A DNA stretch of 64,000 nucleotides from an uncultured Actinomycetes bacterium (GTDB lineage: Bacteria > Actinomycetota > Acidimicrobiia > Acidimicrobiales > JACCXE01): the NCBI GenBank assembly GCA_963718605.1, contig OY970363.1:192505-256504 (forward strand). The letters are read 5' to 3'. How positions within the stretch are numbered: the stretch's first letter is position 1; the number at the start of each line of letters is the position of its first letter. The notes under the pieces were generated by a model that saw nothing but the letters and a program-made list of their open reading frames with translations, was not told the origin of the DNA and made no database searches. This document shows positions 30,781 through 39,577 of the stretch, one piece after another. Position numbers and translations under genes: made by a program.

Positions 30781-33513
30781 TCAAGCATCGATATCGGTAT
30801 AGCCAAGCCGCGTGGCTAGCTCGTTTGTCCTCGCGTCCAACGGACCCAACCCCGACGCCTTGGAACGCCATTGGTTCGCTACCTTTCGCTCTACGGCGTT
30901 GAACGACGCGAACGTGATGTCTCCGAGCATTCGACTGCCTGGAACGACACCGTCCACCATTCGGTCGCGCAGCGGGTCGACCTGGTACGGGTCCAACATG
31001 GTGTCGCAGAACGGAACGCCGATGAAGCGCGCCAAGTCAGTCATCGTTTCGCGCGGGCGCGACACGAGATCCTCAAATCGAACAAGCTGGGTGCGCGCGT
31101 CGCCGAGCAGAGACGCGAGCGCCAAGGAGTTCTCCGCAGCAACGACCCACGAAAGCTCCGCATACATTCGGGGCGAAAGGTCCACTGGTGGAGGGACCAA
31201 CAGGTGGTAACTGTTCGCGAGATACGAGCTAATAACGGCCATGGGGTGACGAACTAGAAGAACCGCACGCAACTCATCTGACTCGGCGATGCGCCGCACC
31301 ACCGATGTCGAATGCGCATAACTGACGGTTTTGTCGACCAGTCGCGCGTGCGTAGAAGTTTCAAGGAGCCAGCGGTAGCACTCCTCGACGCTGCCACTGC
31401 GCTCCTCGAACTGCGCAACACGCGCAGACGCGCGAGTTCGATCAATCTGCTCGATCGCCATGACTGCACGCACTAATCCAAGGGACATGAAGTCGTTGCG
31501 ACCGACAAAATGGTCAGCTCGCTCCCGCATCGTCTGGAACTGAAGGAGTTCAAGTTCGGGCGGAGCGAAGACTTCTGGACTCTGTCCGAGCATCACCCGT
31601 AGAAGAGTTGACCCCGATCGTGGGTTAGCGAATAGAACTACGAGGCGCTCACCAAGATCTCGGACGATTGGCCGAAGCGCGGACCGGTTGACTGAGGGTG
31701 CGTTTGTAAATTCCTCAATGCTCTCGCCAATGCCGCCGACGTTGCGGGCGGAAGGCGATCCCATCTCGGTAACAAGACGGGCCGCGAGCCGCCGTGGTGT
31801 CGACTCTTCAAATACGAGCGGAATATAGAGCGTCATGCCGAGAGCGTCTTGGAGCCGGTTGACGATTCGTGATGCCGCGAGAGAGTTACCGCCGAGCTCG
31901 AAGAAGTCGTCCAACACGCTGAGTTCATCTACACCCAATACATCGGCCCAGACCTGAGTCACAAGGCGTTCTGTTGGAGTCGATGGAGGAACGATCTCTG
32001 TCGCCCCGTCCGGCCGCGAACCATCCGGCGCCGGCAACGCCTTGCGATCAACCTTGCCATTCGGCGTCAACGGCAACCCGTCCAACACCACAAACGCCGA
32101 CGGCACCATGTAATCCGGCAACACCCGACGCAGAGACTCACGCAACTCCGTCGTCGACAGAACACTCCCATCGACGGGCACCACATAACCAACCAACCGC
32201 TTGTCACCCGGCGCATCCTCCCGAGCAACCACCACCGCCTCACCCACCCCCACACAACCCAGCAACGCGGCCTCAACCTCACCACACTCAATCCGGAACC
32301 CCCGGATCTTCACCTGATCATCCAGCCGACCCAAAAACTCCAAATTCCCATCCGGCAAATACCGCACCACATCACCAGTCCGATAAAGCCGCGCCCCCGC
32401 CACATCACTAAAGGGATGCGGCACAAACCGCTCCGCCGTCAACTCCGGACGACGCAAATACCCCCGCGCCAAACCCACCCCACCAATAAACAACTCGCCC
32501 GCCACACCCACCGGCACCGGACGACCCCACCGATCCAACACAAACAACTCCGTATTCGCAATCGGCCGACCAATCGACGGCAAGCAACCATCCACAGGAT
32601 TGTCCACAGGGAAACTGCTCGCGGTCGCCAGGACCGTCGCCTCAGTCGGCCCATAGTGATTGCCAAGCGTGATTCGGCTATCGACAGGAACTCCGCTCAG
32701 TAACCGATCACCACCAGTGAAGAGAACCCTCACCGAGGATCCAGCCTCCAACAGCCGTTCAACCGCTTCCACTGCCCAAACCGTCGCGATGTACGCGATC
32801 GACACCTCGCGATCAATCAACCAACGCACCGACGCGCTCAAATCCCGGCGCGTCCACTCGTCACAGACGACCACCGAGGCCCCTGCGACCAACCCCGCCC
32901 ACAGTTCAAGAACTGACGCGTCAAAACCAAACTCAGCCAAAACCCCGCACCGATCCACGTGCGACACGCCATATCGGCCCACATGCCACTGCACAACATT
33001 CACGACTGACCGATGCTCGATCATCACGCCCTTGGGCTGGCCGGTGGATCCCGACGTATAAATCACATAAGCCAAGTCGGTGGGTATCGGCGGTCGCGCG
33101 ACCTGTACCGCGGTACCACTCACGAAATCGATTTCAATGAGCTGCGGCGGTCTTTCGACCGTGCGCAAGACCCCGTGACCAGCAATATCACAGAGAACAA
33201 CTCGAGCCAATGAATCCTCGATGAGCATCGACAGGCGGGCCGCAGGGTGATGCGGGTTCATGGGCATATACGCGCAACCGGCCTTCATAACCCCCAGTGC
33301 CGCAACCACGAAGCTGACCGTCGGCAGCGCCGCAATCGCAACAACCTCTCCCGTACCCACGCGGGCCCGCCGCAGTTCGTGCGCAACACCATTCGATAAC
33401 TCGTCGAGCTCTTTGTAGGTCAGGCGACGAGTCCCGTCCTCTACCGCGATTGCGTCGCAACGCGCGACAGCGGACGCATGAAACAAGCTCACCAGAGTGG
33501 ATTCGTCCGTCAT
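30781..33513 (-). CDS. NRPS-A loading protein: A - T - sulfotransferase tridomain
   Basis: 910-aa ORF starting at ATG 33513. It has an A domain ([16 protein letters not shown]...NHYGPTE...NGKVDRKAL), a T domain ([15 protein letters not shown], about 31880) and a C-terminal ~300 aa with sulfotransferase PAPS-binding motifs. Confidence 0.9.
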   Translation of the reverse strand: MTDESTLVSLFHASAVARCDAIAVEDGTRRLTYKELDELSNGVAHELRRARVGTGEVVAIAALPTVSFVVAALGVMKAGCAYMPMNPHHPAARLSMLIEDSLARVVLCDIAGHGVLRTVERPPQLIEIDFVSGTAVQVARPPIPTDLAYVIYTSGSTGQPKGVMIEHRSVVNVVQWHVGRYGVSHVDRCGVLAEFGFDASVLELWAGLVAGASVVVCDEWTRRDLSASVRWLIDREVSIAYIATVWAVEAVERLLEAGSSVRVLFTGGDRLLSGVPVDSRITLGNHYGPTEATVLATASSFPVDNPVDGCLPSIGRPIANTELFVLDRWGRPVPVGVAGELFIGGVGLARGYLRRPELTAERFVPHPFSDVAGARLYRTGDVVRYLPDGNLEFLGRLDDQVKIRGFRIECGEVEAALLGCVGVGEAVVVAREDAPGDKRLVGYVVPVDGSVLSTTELRESLRRVLPDYMVPSAFVVLDGLPLTPNGKVDRKALPAPDGSRPDGATEIVPPSTPTERLVTQVWADVLGVDELSVLDDFFELGGNSLAASRIVNRLQDALGMTLYIPLVFEESTPRRLAARLVTEMGSPSARNVGGIGESIEEFTNAPSVNRSALRPIVRDLGERLVVLFANPRSGSTLLRVMLGQSPEVFAPPELELLQFQTMRERADHFVGRNDFMSLGLVRAVMAIEQIDRTRASARVAQFEERSGSVEECYRWLLETSTHARLVDKTVSYAHSTSVVRRIAESDELRAVLLVRHPMAVISSYLANSYHLLVPPPVDLSPRMYAELSWVVAAENSLALASLLGDARTQLVRFEDLVSRPRETMTDLARFIGVPFCDTMLDPYQVDPLRDRMVDGVVPGSRMLGDITFASFNAVERKVANQWRSKASGLGPLDARTNELATRLGYTDIDA
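30784..31690 (-). other. sulfotransferase domain of NRPS-A
   Basis: [18 protein letters not shown] (5'-phosphosulfate-binding loop, about 31609-31626) and [13 protein letters not shown] (3'-phosphate-binding RxxxxxxS-like motif). The size and motif order fit cytosolic-type sulfotransferases. Confidence 0.7.
32009..33083. repeat. NRPS direct repeat, copy 2 of 2 (partner 27787-28861)
   Basis: See the partner entry. Confidence 0.9.
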
Positions 33514-33552
33514 GGGTAACGCACGCCCGCAGCCCTAACTCGTATTGACCGG

Positions 33553-34587
33553 TTACGTCGTGGCGCCGACGGCGCGGTTGCTACGAGAAATCATCTTGAG
33601 CACGGCGGAGCAGTATCGTTCGGAGACCGCGAGCCGCAACAACGCGCCCTCGATGATGCGGTCAGCGACGGCCGGGCTTGCCATGATCTCGGGAATCACG
33701 ACATCGCTCGCCCAGTCTGAGGCGTGGTCTCCGTCCGCCTCAACGTGTTCCGCGTAGTACGCATGGACGGCCGGTGGCAGACAGAGTCGCTGCACTGCGC
33801 GAACAACGTTCTCAAACCGCCACGGAACCGCACCCTCAGTCACGACTAGAGCGCCGATGCTTTCAAAATAGAACGTCCGATACCGCGCTAGGACATGGAA
33901 GAGGTTTCCCGCTGCATGCGCCTCGGGTAGCAAATCGCAAGGTGCAGTAGTGACGCTCTCTTGGGCATTTCGGAAGAGGACCAGGTGGTCCGAGTCCGGA
34001 CGGCCCGCGCCCACCTCGTCCCAGAGGTTTCGCACTATCACCCGCTTTGACTGCCCGCTAGCTCCGACTTGGGTCATCGCCAAAAAATCGGCGAAGGATG
34101 CGTCCACCGTACGTTCCTGGCCCATAAAGAACGCGAGATCGTCGCGTTCGGCGCTCTCGGCTAGTTGCGAGTACAGATTGTTTCGTGCAGGCGTCGACGC
34201 GAGCGCCACGGCAAACCAGTCGTTGAAACACTCAGCAACGGCAGAACCCACCGAATCCAGATCAGTCGGCGCCCACGCCAGGTGTGGCTGGTTCGCTACG
34301 AACTCCGGAAGTCTTCGCTTCTCGTGCGAGATCCATTCTTGCGACATTCGCGCGAGCGTTGCGTGCAAAGCGGGATCTAGCTCATCGGCTATGGGATTTC
34401 GAGTTGATGTCGCCCTCAGCAAACACGCCAGGGCTCTGTGAAAGGCAGCCCACGAGTCATCGTCGAGTTGATCGAGGCCCAACTTGAAAAACTCTCGAGC
34501 GGCTCGAACGGCGAGATCGACTTCGTCTTGATCCGGCGACGCGTCGTAATTCATATTGGGCTGCACCGCCACCCCGGGCATGGCCAT
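33553..34587 (-). CDS. heme-oxygenase-like di-iron (iron-containing redox enzyme) family protein
   Basis: NLWDEVGAGRPDSDHLVLF, LVVTEGAVPWRFE and YYAEHVEADGDHASDW supply the Glu/His ligand pattern of the Haem_oxygenase_2/HDO family. Start set to ATG 34587 (MAMPGVAV). The 103-codon extension of ORF 33553..34896 overlaps the PPTase gene and looks non-coding. Confidence 0.55.
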   Translation of the reverse strand: MAMPGVAVQPNMNYDASPDQDEVDLAVRAAREFFKLGLDQLDDDSWAAFHRALACLLRATSTRNPIADELDPALHATLARMSQEWISHEKRRLPEFVANQPHLAWAPTDLDSVGSAVAECFNDWFAVALASTPARNNLYSQLAESAERDDLAFFMGQERTVDASFADFLAMTQVGASGQSKRVIVRNLWDEVGAGRPDSDHLVLFRNAQESVTTAPCDLLPEAHAAGNLFHVLARYRTFYFESIGALVVTEGAVPWRFENVVRAVQRLCLPPAVHAYYAEHVEADGDHASDWASDVVIPEIMASPAVADRIIEGALLRLAVSERYCSAVLKMISRSNRAVGATT

Positions 34588-34787
34588 CCTCGTGACGCCA
34601 CCCAGCGAACATCGGAGTTGCCTGCCAATCTCTGCTCCCCACCGTACGCACCGAGCCGTCGAGCCGATCCAATGCGGAACCCTCGCGATCGCGGTGGGCC
34701 CAAATGGCCTCGACAAGGGCAGACTACCGTGAAGCAGATAGCTCCGGGGGGAAAGACGCCTCCCTTTGTCGCGGTCTTGTTCGTCCG

Positions 34788-35426
34788 TCAGGTCTCGTAA
34801 ACTCTTAGAACCGCTGGTCGAGTGGGTTGACGATCGCAGCGCACCGCCAACACAGTCGCAATTCGGTCCCAGGTGCCGACACGCTGCAGAGACCACAGGG
34901 CGCCGTCGAACGGCACGACGCTCCGGTTAAGTGCAGTCAGAACCGGCCATTCGGATGCGACAAGGCCTTTCCCGCTTGCCTTAAGAATCGCCTCCTTGGA
35001 CGCCCACACGAGCGCGAGCCCGAGCGCCGTGTCGCCAAACCGCTCCACCAGCTCCAGTTCGCCGGGCGACAGAAACTTAGGGCCAAAGGTGCCGTCGACC
35101 ACCGCCGGTTCGATGTCAACGCCAATGGCTGAAGCGTCCGAGACACCAACCATCGCGACGTCTCCGCCTCGCGATGCCGAATACGTTAGGCCCTTCTGCA
35201 GCAATTCGAGGCAAACTGGCTTGCCGTGCAGCGCGTGGCCGCAATGACGACAGTGGCGATCGAAACTCAGCGCGTTGCCGAGCGCGCCGACGTAAGTCGA
35301 CAACACTTCACGTTGAAACGTCCGCCTTTGACTTGTCTCAATCGCCACACGCTCGATTCGCTCCGACCGGCTTTGGACACGGCCGGGCAAACTGAGGTGC
35401 CTGAACCAAACATCGACAAAGGTCAT
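34788..35426 (-). CDS. Sfp-type 4'-phosphopantetheinyl transferase
   Basis: 212 aa starting at ATG 35426. AIGVDIEP and LVWASKEAILKASG are the PPTase motifs (G-x-D-x-E and W-x-x-K-E-A-x-x-K). Confidence 0.85.
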   Translation of the reverse strand: MTFVDVWFRHLSLPGRVQSRSERIERVAIETSQRRTFQREVLSTYVGALGNALSFDRHCRHCGHALHGKPVCLELLQKGLTYSASRGGDVAMVGVSDASAIGVDIEPAVVDGTFGPKFLSPGELELVERFGDTALGLALVWASKEAILKASGKGLVASEWPVLTALNRSVVPFDGALWSLQRVGTWDRIATVLAVRCDRQPTRPAVLRVYET

Positions 35427-35459
35427 TTCACGCGCGGAAACCGCCGCACTCGGCTCGGA

Positions 35460-36035
35460 CTAACCGTCAATTGCGTCGCGATACTGAGGCTTGAGCTTCC
35501 ATGAAGGAACGGGAGTTACGACTCCTGGTTGCGGCACGTACTCGGACACGCCCTCAAGGGCCATCTTATGGATGTATCGGGAGCAACTCGAAAATGCCCG
35601 TACAACCTGCACCCGTATCTCGAGCTGAGCGCCGTACCATCGATCTTGCGGCGAGTCTCGGTGAATGGACGCTCTGCCCTCGACCAATGTTCGAGCCTGC
35701 TCGGCAAAGTCGATAAACAGCAAGGCAACCCGCGGATTCAAAGTGAGGTTGCCAAGGCTTCGAAACGTTCCGTTCCCGTCAAAGTCTGGAAACGCGAGCT
35801 CGGTGGGCCCGAGAATGCGAACGAAACCAGGTTCTCCACCCTTGTACGAGCACAATGGCTCACCAGAACTCGGGTCAGCCGTCGCGAGAAAGAACATGCT
35901 CTGGCGGGCGATGAAGCCGACATCAGAGTCCGTGAGTTTCTGTCGCGCCTCGTGGGTCGCGAGCCGGTCCGCAAGCTCCTCGGTCCCAAATGCTGCTTGA
36001 AGTGACCGTGAGCCTTCGTTGAACATCGATCGCAT
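35460..36035 (-). CDS. pyridoxamine 5'-phosphate oxidase-like FMN-binding (split-barrel) family protein
   Basis: 191 aa. SMFFLATADPSSGEPLCSYKGGEPGFVRILGPTELAFPDFDGNGTFRSLGNLTLNPRVALLFIDF is the conserved core of the PNPOx-related flavoprotein family (COG3576-like). Confidence 0.7.
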   Translation of the reverse strand: MRSMFNEGSRSLQAAFGTEELADRLATHEARQKLTDSDVGFIARQSMFFLATADPSSGEPLCSYKGGEPGFVRILGPTELAFPDFDGNGTFRSLGNLTLNPRVALLFIDFAEQARTLVEGRASIHRDSPQDRWYGAQLEIRVQVVRAFSSCSRYIHKMALEGVSEYVPQPGVVTPVPSWKLKPQYRDAIDG

Positions 36036-36270
36036 CCCTTCGCTGTTGGATCGCCCGCATGATCTGGAATTTGGCGATCAGCGTAGAGCCCCACTCCAAC
36101 GTCAGCCGCGAAGCGACACGTCGCCTGGGTTTGATTGGAACTCCTTGGTTGGCGTCGCTCGAAAATTGACGGTACTCGGACCCGCCGTCGGCGAGTGTGA
36201 GGTTGCCGAGTTCGCGAGGCGTATGTCGTGACCAGGCGGCCGGCAAGGGGTCGCTATCTGAGGTCGGGCT

Positions 36271-37056
36271 CTACCCTCTGGTCAGCGCACGAACGACATC
36301 AAGCAGGGAACCAAGAAATTCATCTTCGGCAGACCGAATGAAGAAGTGCTCGCCCGGCACGACCGTGAAGGAGAACTCTTTGTTCGTGTGCTCTCGCCAC
36401 TCCGCTACTTCGGAAGGTGTTGCCTCAGGGTCCGCTTCCCCTGCAAACGCCGCAATCGGGCATGGCAAGCGGGACCCGAGAACGTGAACGTAGTTTTCGG
36501 CTGCAGCTAAGTCGGCCCGAATCGTCGGCAGCATTACGGACAGCAGTTCGCGAACTACGTCGGGCTTTTCAGTGCTTGCGGCCCCAAGAGCGAGTTCTTC
36601 AACTAGCTCATCGTCGGACAGGCTGGTCTTCGGCGGCCGTCGCTCCGGAAGGTGGGGCGCCGGGCAGCCTGCGACACACAACAGTCGAACGGGTACGCCT
36701 GCATCGAGCAGGAGCCGCGTCGCGAGGTACGCCGCTAGCGCGCCCATGCTGTGGCCGAAGATCAGAGGCGGTGGTCCCTCTAGCGACGCAATGTCATCAG
36801 CAAGCGCTTGGGCGATTAGGTGCAGGTCGCGCAGAGGGGTTTCGTTAAAGCGTCTCTCACGGCCGGGAAAGCATGCTGCGAACGGAACGAGGCCCGCCCT
36901 TACAAGACGCGGCGTCCAACTCCTGAACGCTCCGGGGCCGCCACCGGCGAACGGCACCAAAACAATGTTCTGAAGCGCATCGACACTCCTAGTGCGATTT
37001 TTGTCGAGCAGTACCAGCGATCGTGGTACGGAGACGGGTGTCACCCGGTCACGCAC
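36271..37056 (-). CDS. type II (editing) thioesterase
   Basis: VLVPFAGGGPGAFRSW and LIFGHSMGALAAY (GHSMG nucleophile elbow), ~260 aa, first gene of the NRPS operon. The start is GTG and uncertain by some codons. Confidence 0.85.
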   Translation of the reverse strand: MRDRVTPVSVPRSLVLLDKNRTRSVDALQNIVLVPFAGGGPGAFRSWTPRLVRAGLVPFAACFPGRERRFNETPLRDLHLIAQALADDIASLEGPPPLIFGHSMGALAAYLATRLLLDAGVPVRLLCVAGCPAPHLPERRPPKTSLSDDELVEELALGAASTEKPDVVRELLSVMLPTIRADLAAAENYVHVLGSRLPCPIAAFAGEADPEATPSEVAEWREHTNKEFSFTVVPGEHFFIRSAEDEFLGSLLDVVRALTRG

Positions 37057-37669
37057 TCAAGCCGTAGGCCGCTGTCATCAGCTGGCCCCGTGTTGCACCG
37101 CTTGGCGTCAACGTCATGGACAGCTCGGTGCTGTGAGTCTCGCGATGGTTCTTACCGCGATGCCTGCTCCGTGCTGCCACAGATCAGAGCGCCGCAAGTG
37201 GGCTGTCGGTTCGCCGCGCGCGTGGCCGATTCACGGCGACCATGTATACCAAATTTGGTCGAATCATCCGCCTGGTCCCGATGGGCTGCATGCGTCGGCC
37301 TTCGTCGGACCTGCGCACCTACGGGAGTCAAGCGATCCGTTGGAACCTGGTTTGAGCTTGGTCGTCCAGGGAGGCGCAAGTGTCTGCCCATGCTCACGGT
37401 GAGATAGCGCTGATGCGCGACAGCTGCGGAGCGGCCGCAGGATTCTCCCGGAAGGTCGAGACTGGACCCAACCGACGCGACAACCTTGGACTTACTGTCG
37501 AGTAGCGAGGAACCAACATTTCGTCGGGCTCCCGACGTATGTCCGCGAACCACGAGGTGCCGACACTTGACTCCGATGAACCCGCAAACGGTCGAGGGCG
37601 AGGCGGGTGCAGGAAGTCCCGGTCCATTTCGCGCACGAGGTCATAGTGTGACTGGACTACGAGCTTGGG

Positions 37670-39577
37670 GTGAGCGACATGAGACAGCGGCGGTGGCCGG
37701 GCCAAGATCTTTGGGACGCATGGCACGGGAGGTCAACGAGTCGTTCGGCACGTTGGGCCCTCGTTGCGCTGCTGCCGAAGATCAGCCTTCCGCTCACGGT
37801 CGGAGCTGTTTGGGTCGCTGCGTCGAATGCGGCGGGCATCGTCGCTTTCACGGTCAGTTCTGGGCTACTGATCGGCAGCGTGCCTGGTGCCGTCAGCCAT
37901 GGGATGGGCTCGGCGGATGGCACTCGGCTCAAGATGCTGCTCACTGTGGTCTGCGCGATCTTCGTCTACCAACAAGTTCTCGGGCCGATCCAAACCTTGA
38001 TCGTGCAGCAGTTCTCGCGCCGCATCAACGGCAACCTCCGCTCTCGCGTCATGCGAGCCGCACTTCGGCCGTCCGGCATTGCTCACCTTGAACGTGCTGA
38101 TCTCTTAGACAAGGTCCGCGATGCGCAAGGAGTGGGCGAAGGGCAGTTCACGCCGGGCGGCGCCGTCGGCGCGCTGGTGTCCACGCTGACCCTCCGATTG
38201 AACGTGTTGGCGATGGGTGTGATCGTCGCAGGGTTCCGATGGTGGCTGGCATTCGTCCTCGTCGGTTTCGGGGCGGTAGTCCGGTATCGACTTGTCGAGG
38301 ACATGCTGCGCACGGCTCAGTCGGGTCGAGGCATGACGGAAGGGCTGCGCCGCGCCGATTACTTACGGGAGCTTGCGTTGACGCCGGATGCCGCGAAGGA
38401 GACACGCGTATTCGGACTCGGTGCGTGGCTGCTTGACCGATTCAAGACGCAGTGGCTCGGGTCGATGGAGCTGCTGTGGCGTGAGCGACGAGAGCGGGAC
38501 AGCTCTCCTTGGTCGTGGAGCATCCCGTGGGGTGTGATTACGTTCGGCGCAGTTTGGATCGTGGGAAGCGCCGGCATTTCCGGCGAGCTGAGCCTGGGTC
38601 GGACGATGATCATGGTCCAGGCCGTATTTCAGGCTGGCAATATCTGGATCTCTAACGATGACGTGCAGCTGGCCTACGGCGCGACGTCGGTGCCGGCGGT
38701 GCGTGAGCTTGAAGAGGCGCTGCAGGAGCCGGAACTGAGTCTCGGCGGCAGCGATGCCGCCGGGTTGCCGCACGCGTCCATCTCGATCGAGGGGGTTCAC
38801 TTCAGCTATCCCGGCAGTGAGGATCCCGTGCTCAGCGGCGTCGACCTTCAAATCCCTGTTGGCCGGTCACTCGCGATTGTCGGAGTCAACGGCGCGGGGA
38901 AGACGACGCTTGTAAAGCTTTTGGCCCGGCTCTACGACCCGACCGCGGGTCGGATCGTCATCGACGGCGTCGACCTCCAAACGCTCGACGCTTCCAGTTG
39001 GCAGCGCCAGCTCGCAGCCATCTTTCAAGACTTCACCCGTTTCGAGCTATCAGCTCGCGACAACGTCGCGTTCGGCGGCATCAGCCGAACGTGGACCGAC
39101 GCCGAACTCGAAGGAATCGCAGCGCGCGTCGGCGCGGCCGACATGATCACGGCGCTGCCGAAGGGGTGGGGCACCACGCTTTCGCGCCAGTTCAGCGACG
39201 GTGCCGATCTTTCCGGCGGTCAATGGCAACGCCTCGCGTTGGCCCGAGCGGTCTGCGCGGTAGCAGCTGGCGCGCAACTGCTCATCCTCGATGAACCGAC
39301 CGCTAACCTCGACGTGCGCGCCGAGGCCGAGCTATTCGCACGCTTTCTCGAGGTCACGCGAGGCGTCACGACGATCCTGATCTCGCACCGTTTCTCAACT
39401 GTTCGTCTGGCGGACCAGATCTGTGTCCTCGAGAACGGTCTCGTCACCGAGCAAGGCGGCCACCGCGAGCTCCTGGCAGCTGGCGGTGAATACGCCCGGC
39501 TATTCCGGCTTCAAGCAGCGCGGTTTGTCGAAAGCGACGGCGTCGAGCCGAGCGAGGACGCCCCGGCCGATGCGTAG
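37670..39577 (+). CDS. ABC exporter, fused permease/ATPase subunit 1
   Basis: N-terminal multi-TM region, then GVNGAGKTTLVKLL (Walker A), LSGGQWQRLALARA (signature) and LLILDEPTANLD (Walker B). Confidence 0.9.
   Translation: MSDMRQRRWPGQDLWDAWHGRSTSRSARWALVALLPKISLPLTVGAVWVAASNAAGIVAFTVSSGLLIGSVPGAVSHGMGSADGTRLKMLLTVVCAIFVYQQVLGPIQTLIVQQFSRRINGNLRSRVMRAALRPSGIAHLERADLLDKVRDAQGVGEGQFTPGGAVGALVSTLTLRLNVLAMGVIVAGFRWWLAFVLVGFGAVVRYRLVEDMLRTAQSGRGMTEGLRRADYLRELALTPDAAKETRVFGLGAWLLDRFKTQWLGSMELLWRERRERDSSPWSWSIPWGVITFGAVWIVGSAGISGELSLGRTMIMVQAVFQAGNIWISNDDVQLAYGATSVPAVRELEEALQEPELSLGGSDAAGLPHASISIEGVHFSYPGSEDPVLSGVDLQIPVGRSLAIVGVNGAGKTTLVKLLARLYDPTAGRIVIDGVDLQTLDASSWQRQLAAIFQDFTRFELSARDNVAFGGISRTWTDAELEGIAARVGAADMITALPKGWGTTLSRQFSDGADLSGGQWQRLALARAVCAVAAGAQLLILDEPTANLDVRAEAELFARFLEVTRGVTTILISHRFSTVRLADQICVLENGLVTEQGGHRELLAAGGEYARLFRLQAARFVESDGVEPSEDAPADA

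Noticed and set aside
6472-33513. Dozens of long plus-strand ORFs inside the NRPS genes (for example 7408..8274, 13852..14982, 14898..15569, 20242..21264, 27663..28481)
   Set aside because: They are antisense to unmistakable NRPS domains. Their translations are low-complexity and Pro/Thr/His/Gln/Arg-rich. They exist only because the antisense strand is C/A-rich and poor in stop codons, and they recur with the module repeats.
6472-33513. Regularly spaced repeats that might suggest a CRISPR array, IS elements or a tandem gene family
   Set aside because: The periods are 3.2-6.3 kb and the repeats encode in-frame NRPS domains within continuous ORFs. There are no short repeat-spacer units, terminal inverted repeats or transposase.
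37057-37726. ORFs 37152..37553(-), 36992..37402(+) and 37394..37726(-) in the divergent TEII/ABC promoter region
   Set aside because: Their composition is Arg/Ser/Pro-rich. They have no motifs or SD, and one overlaps the ABC gene start. I treat the region as regulatory DNA, but I could not define promoters by eye.
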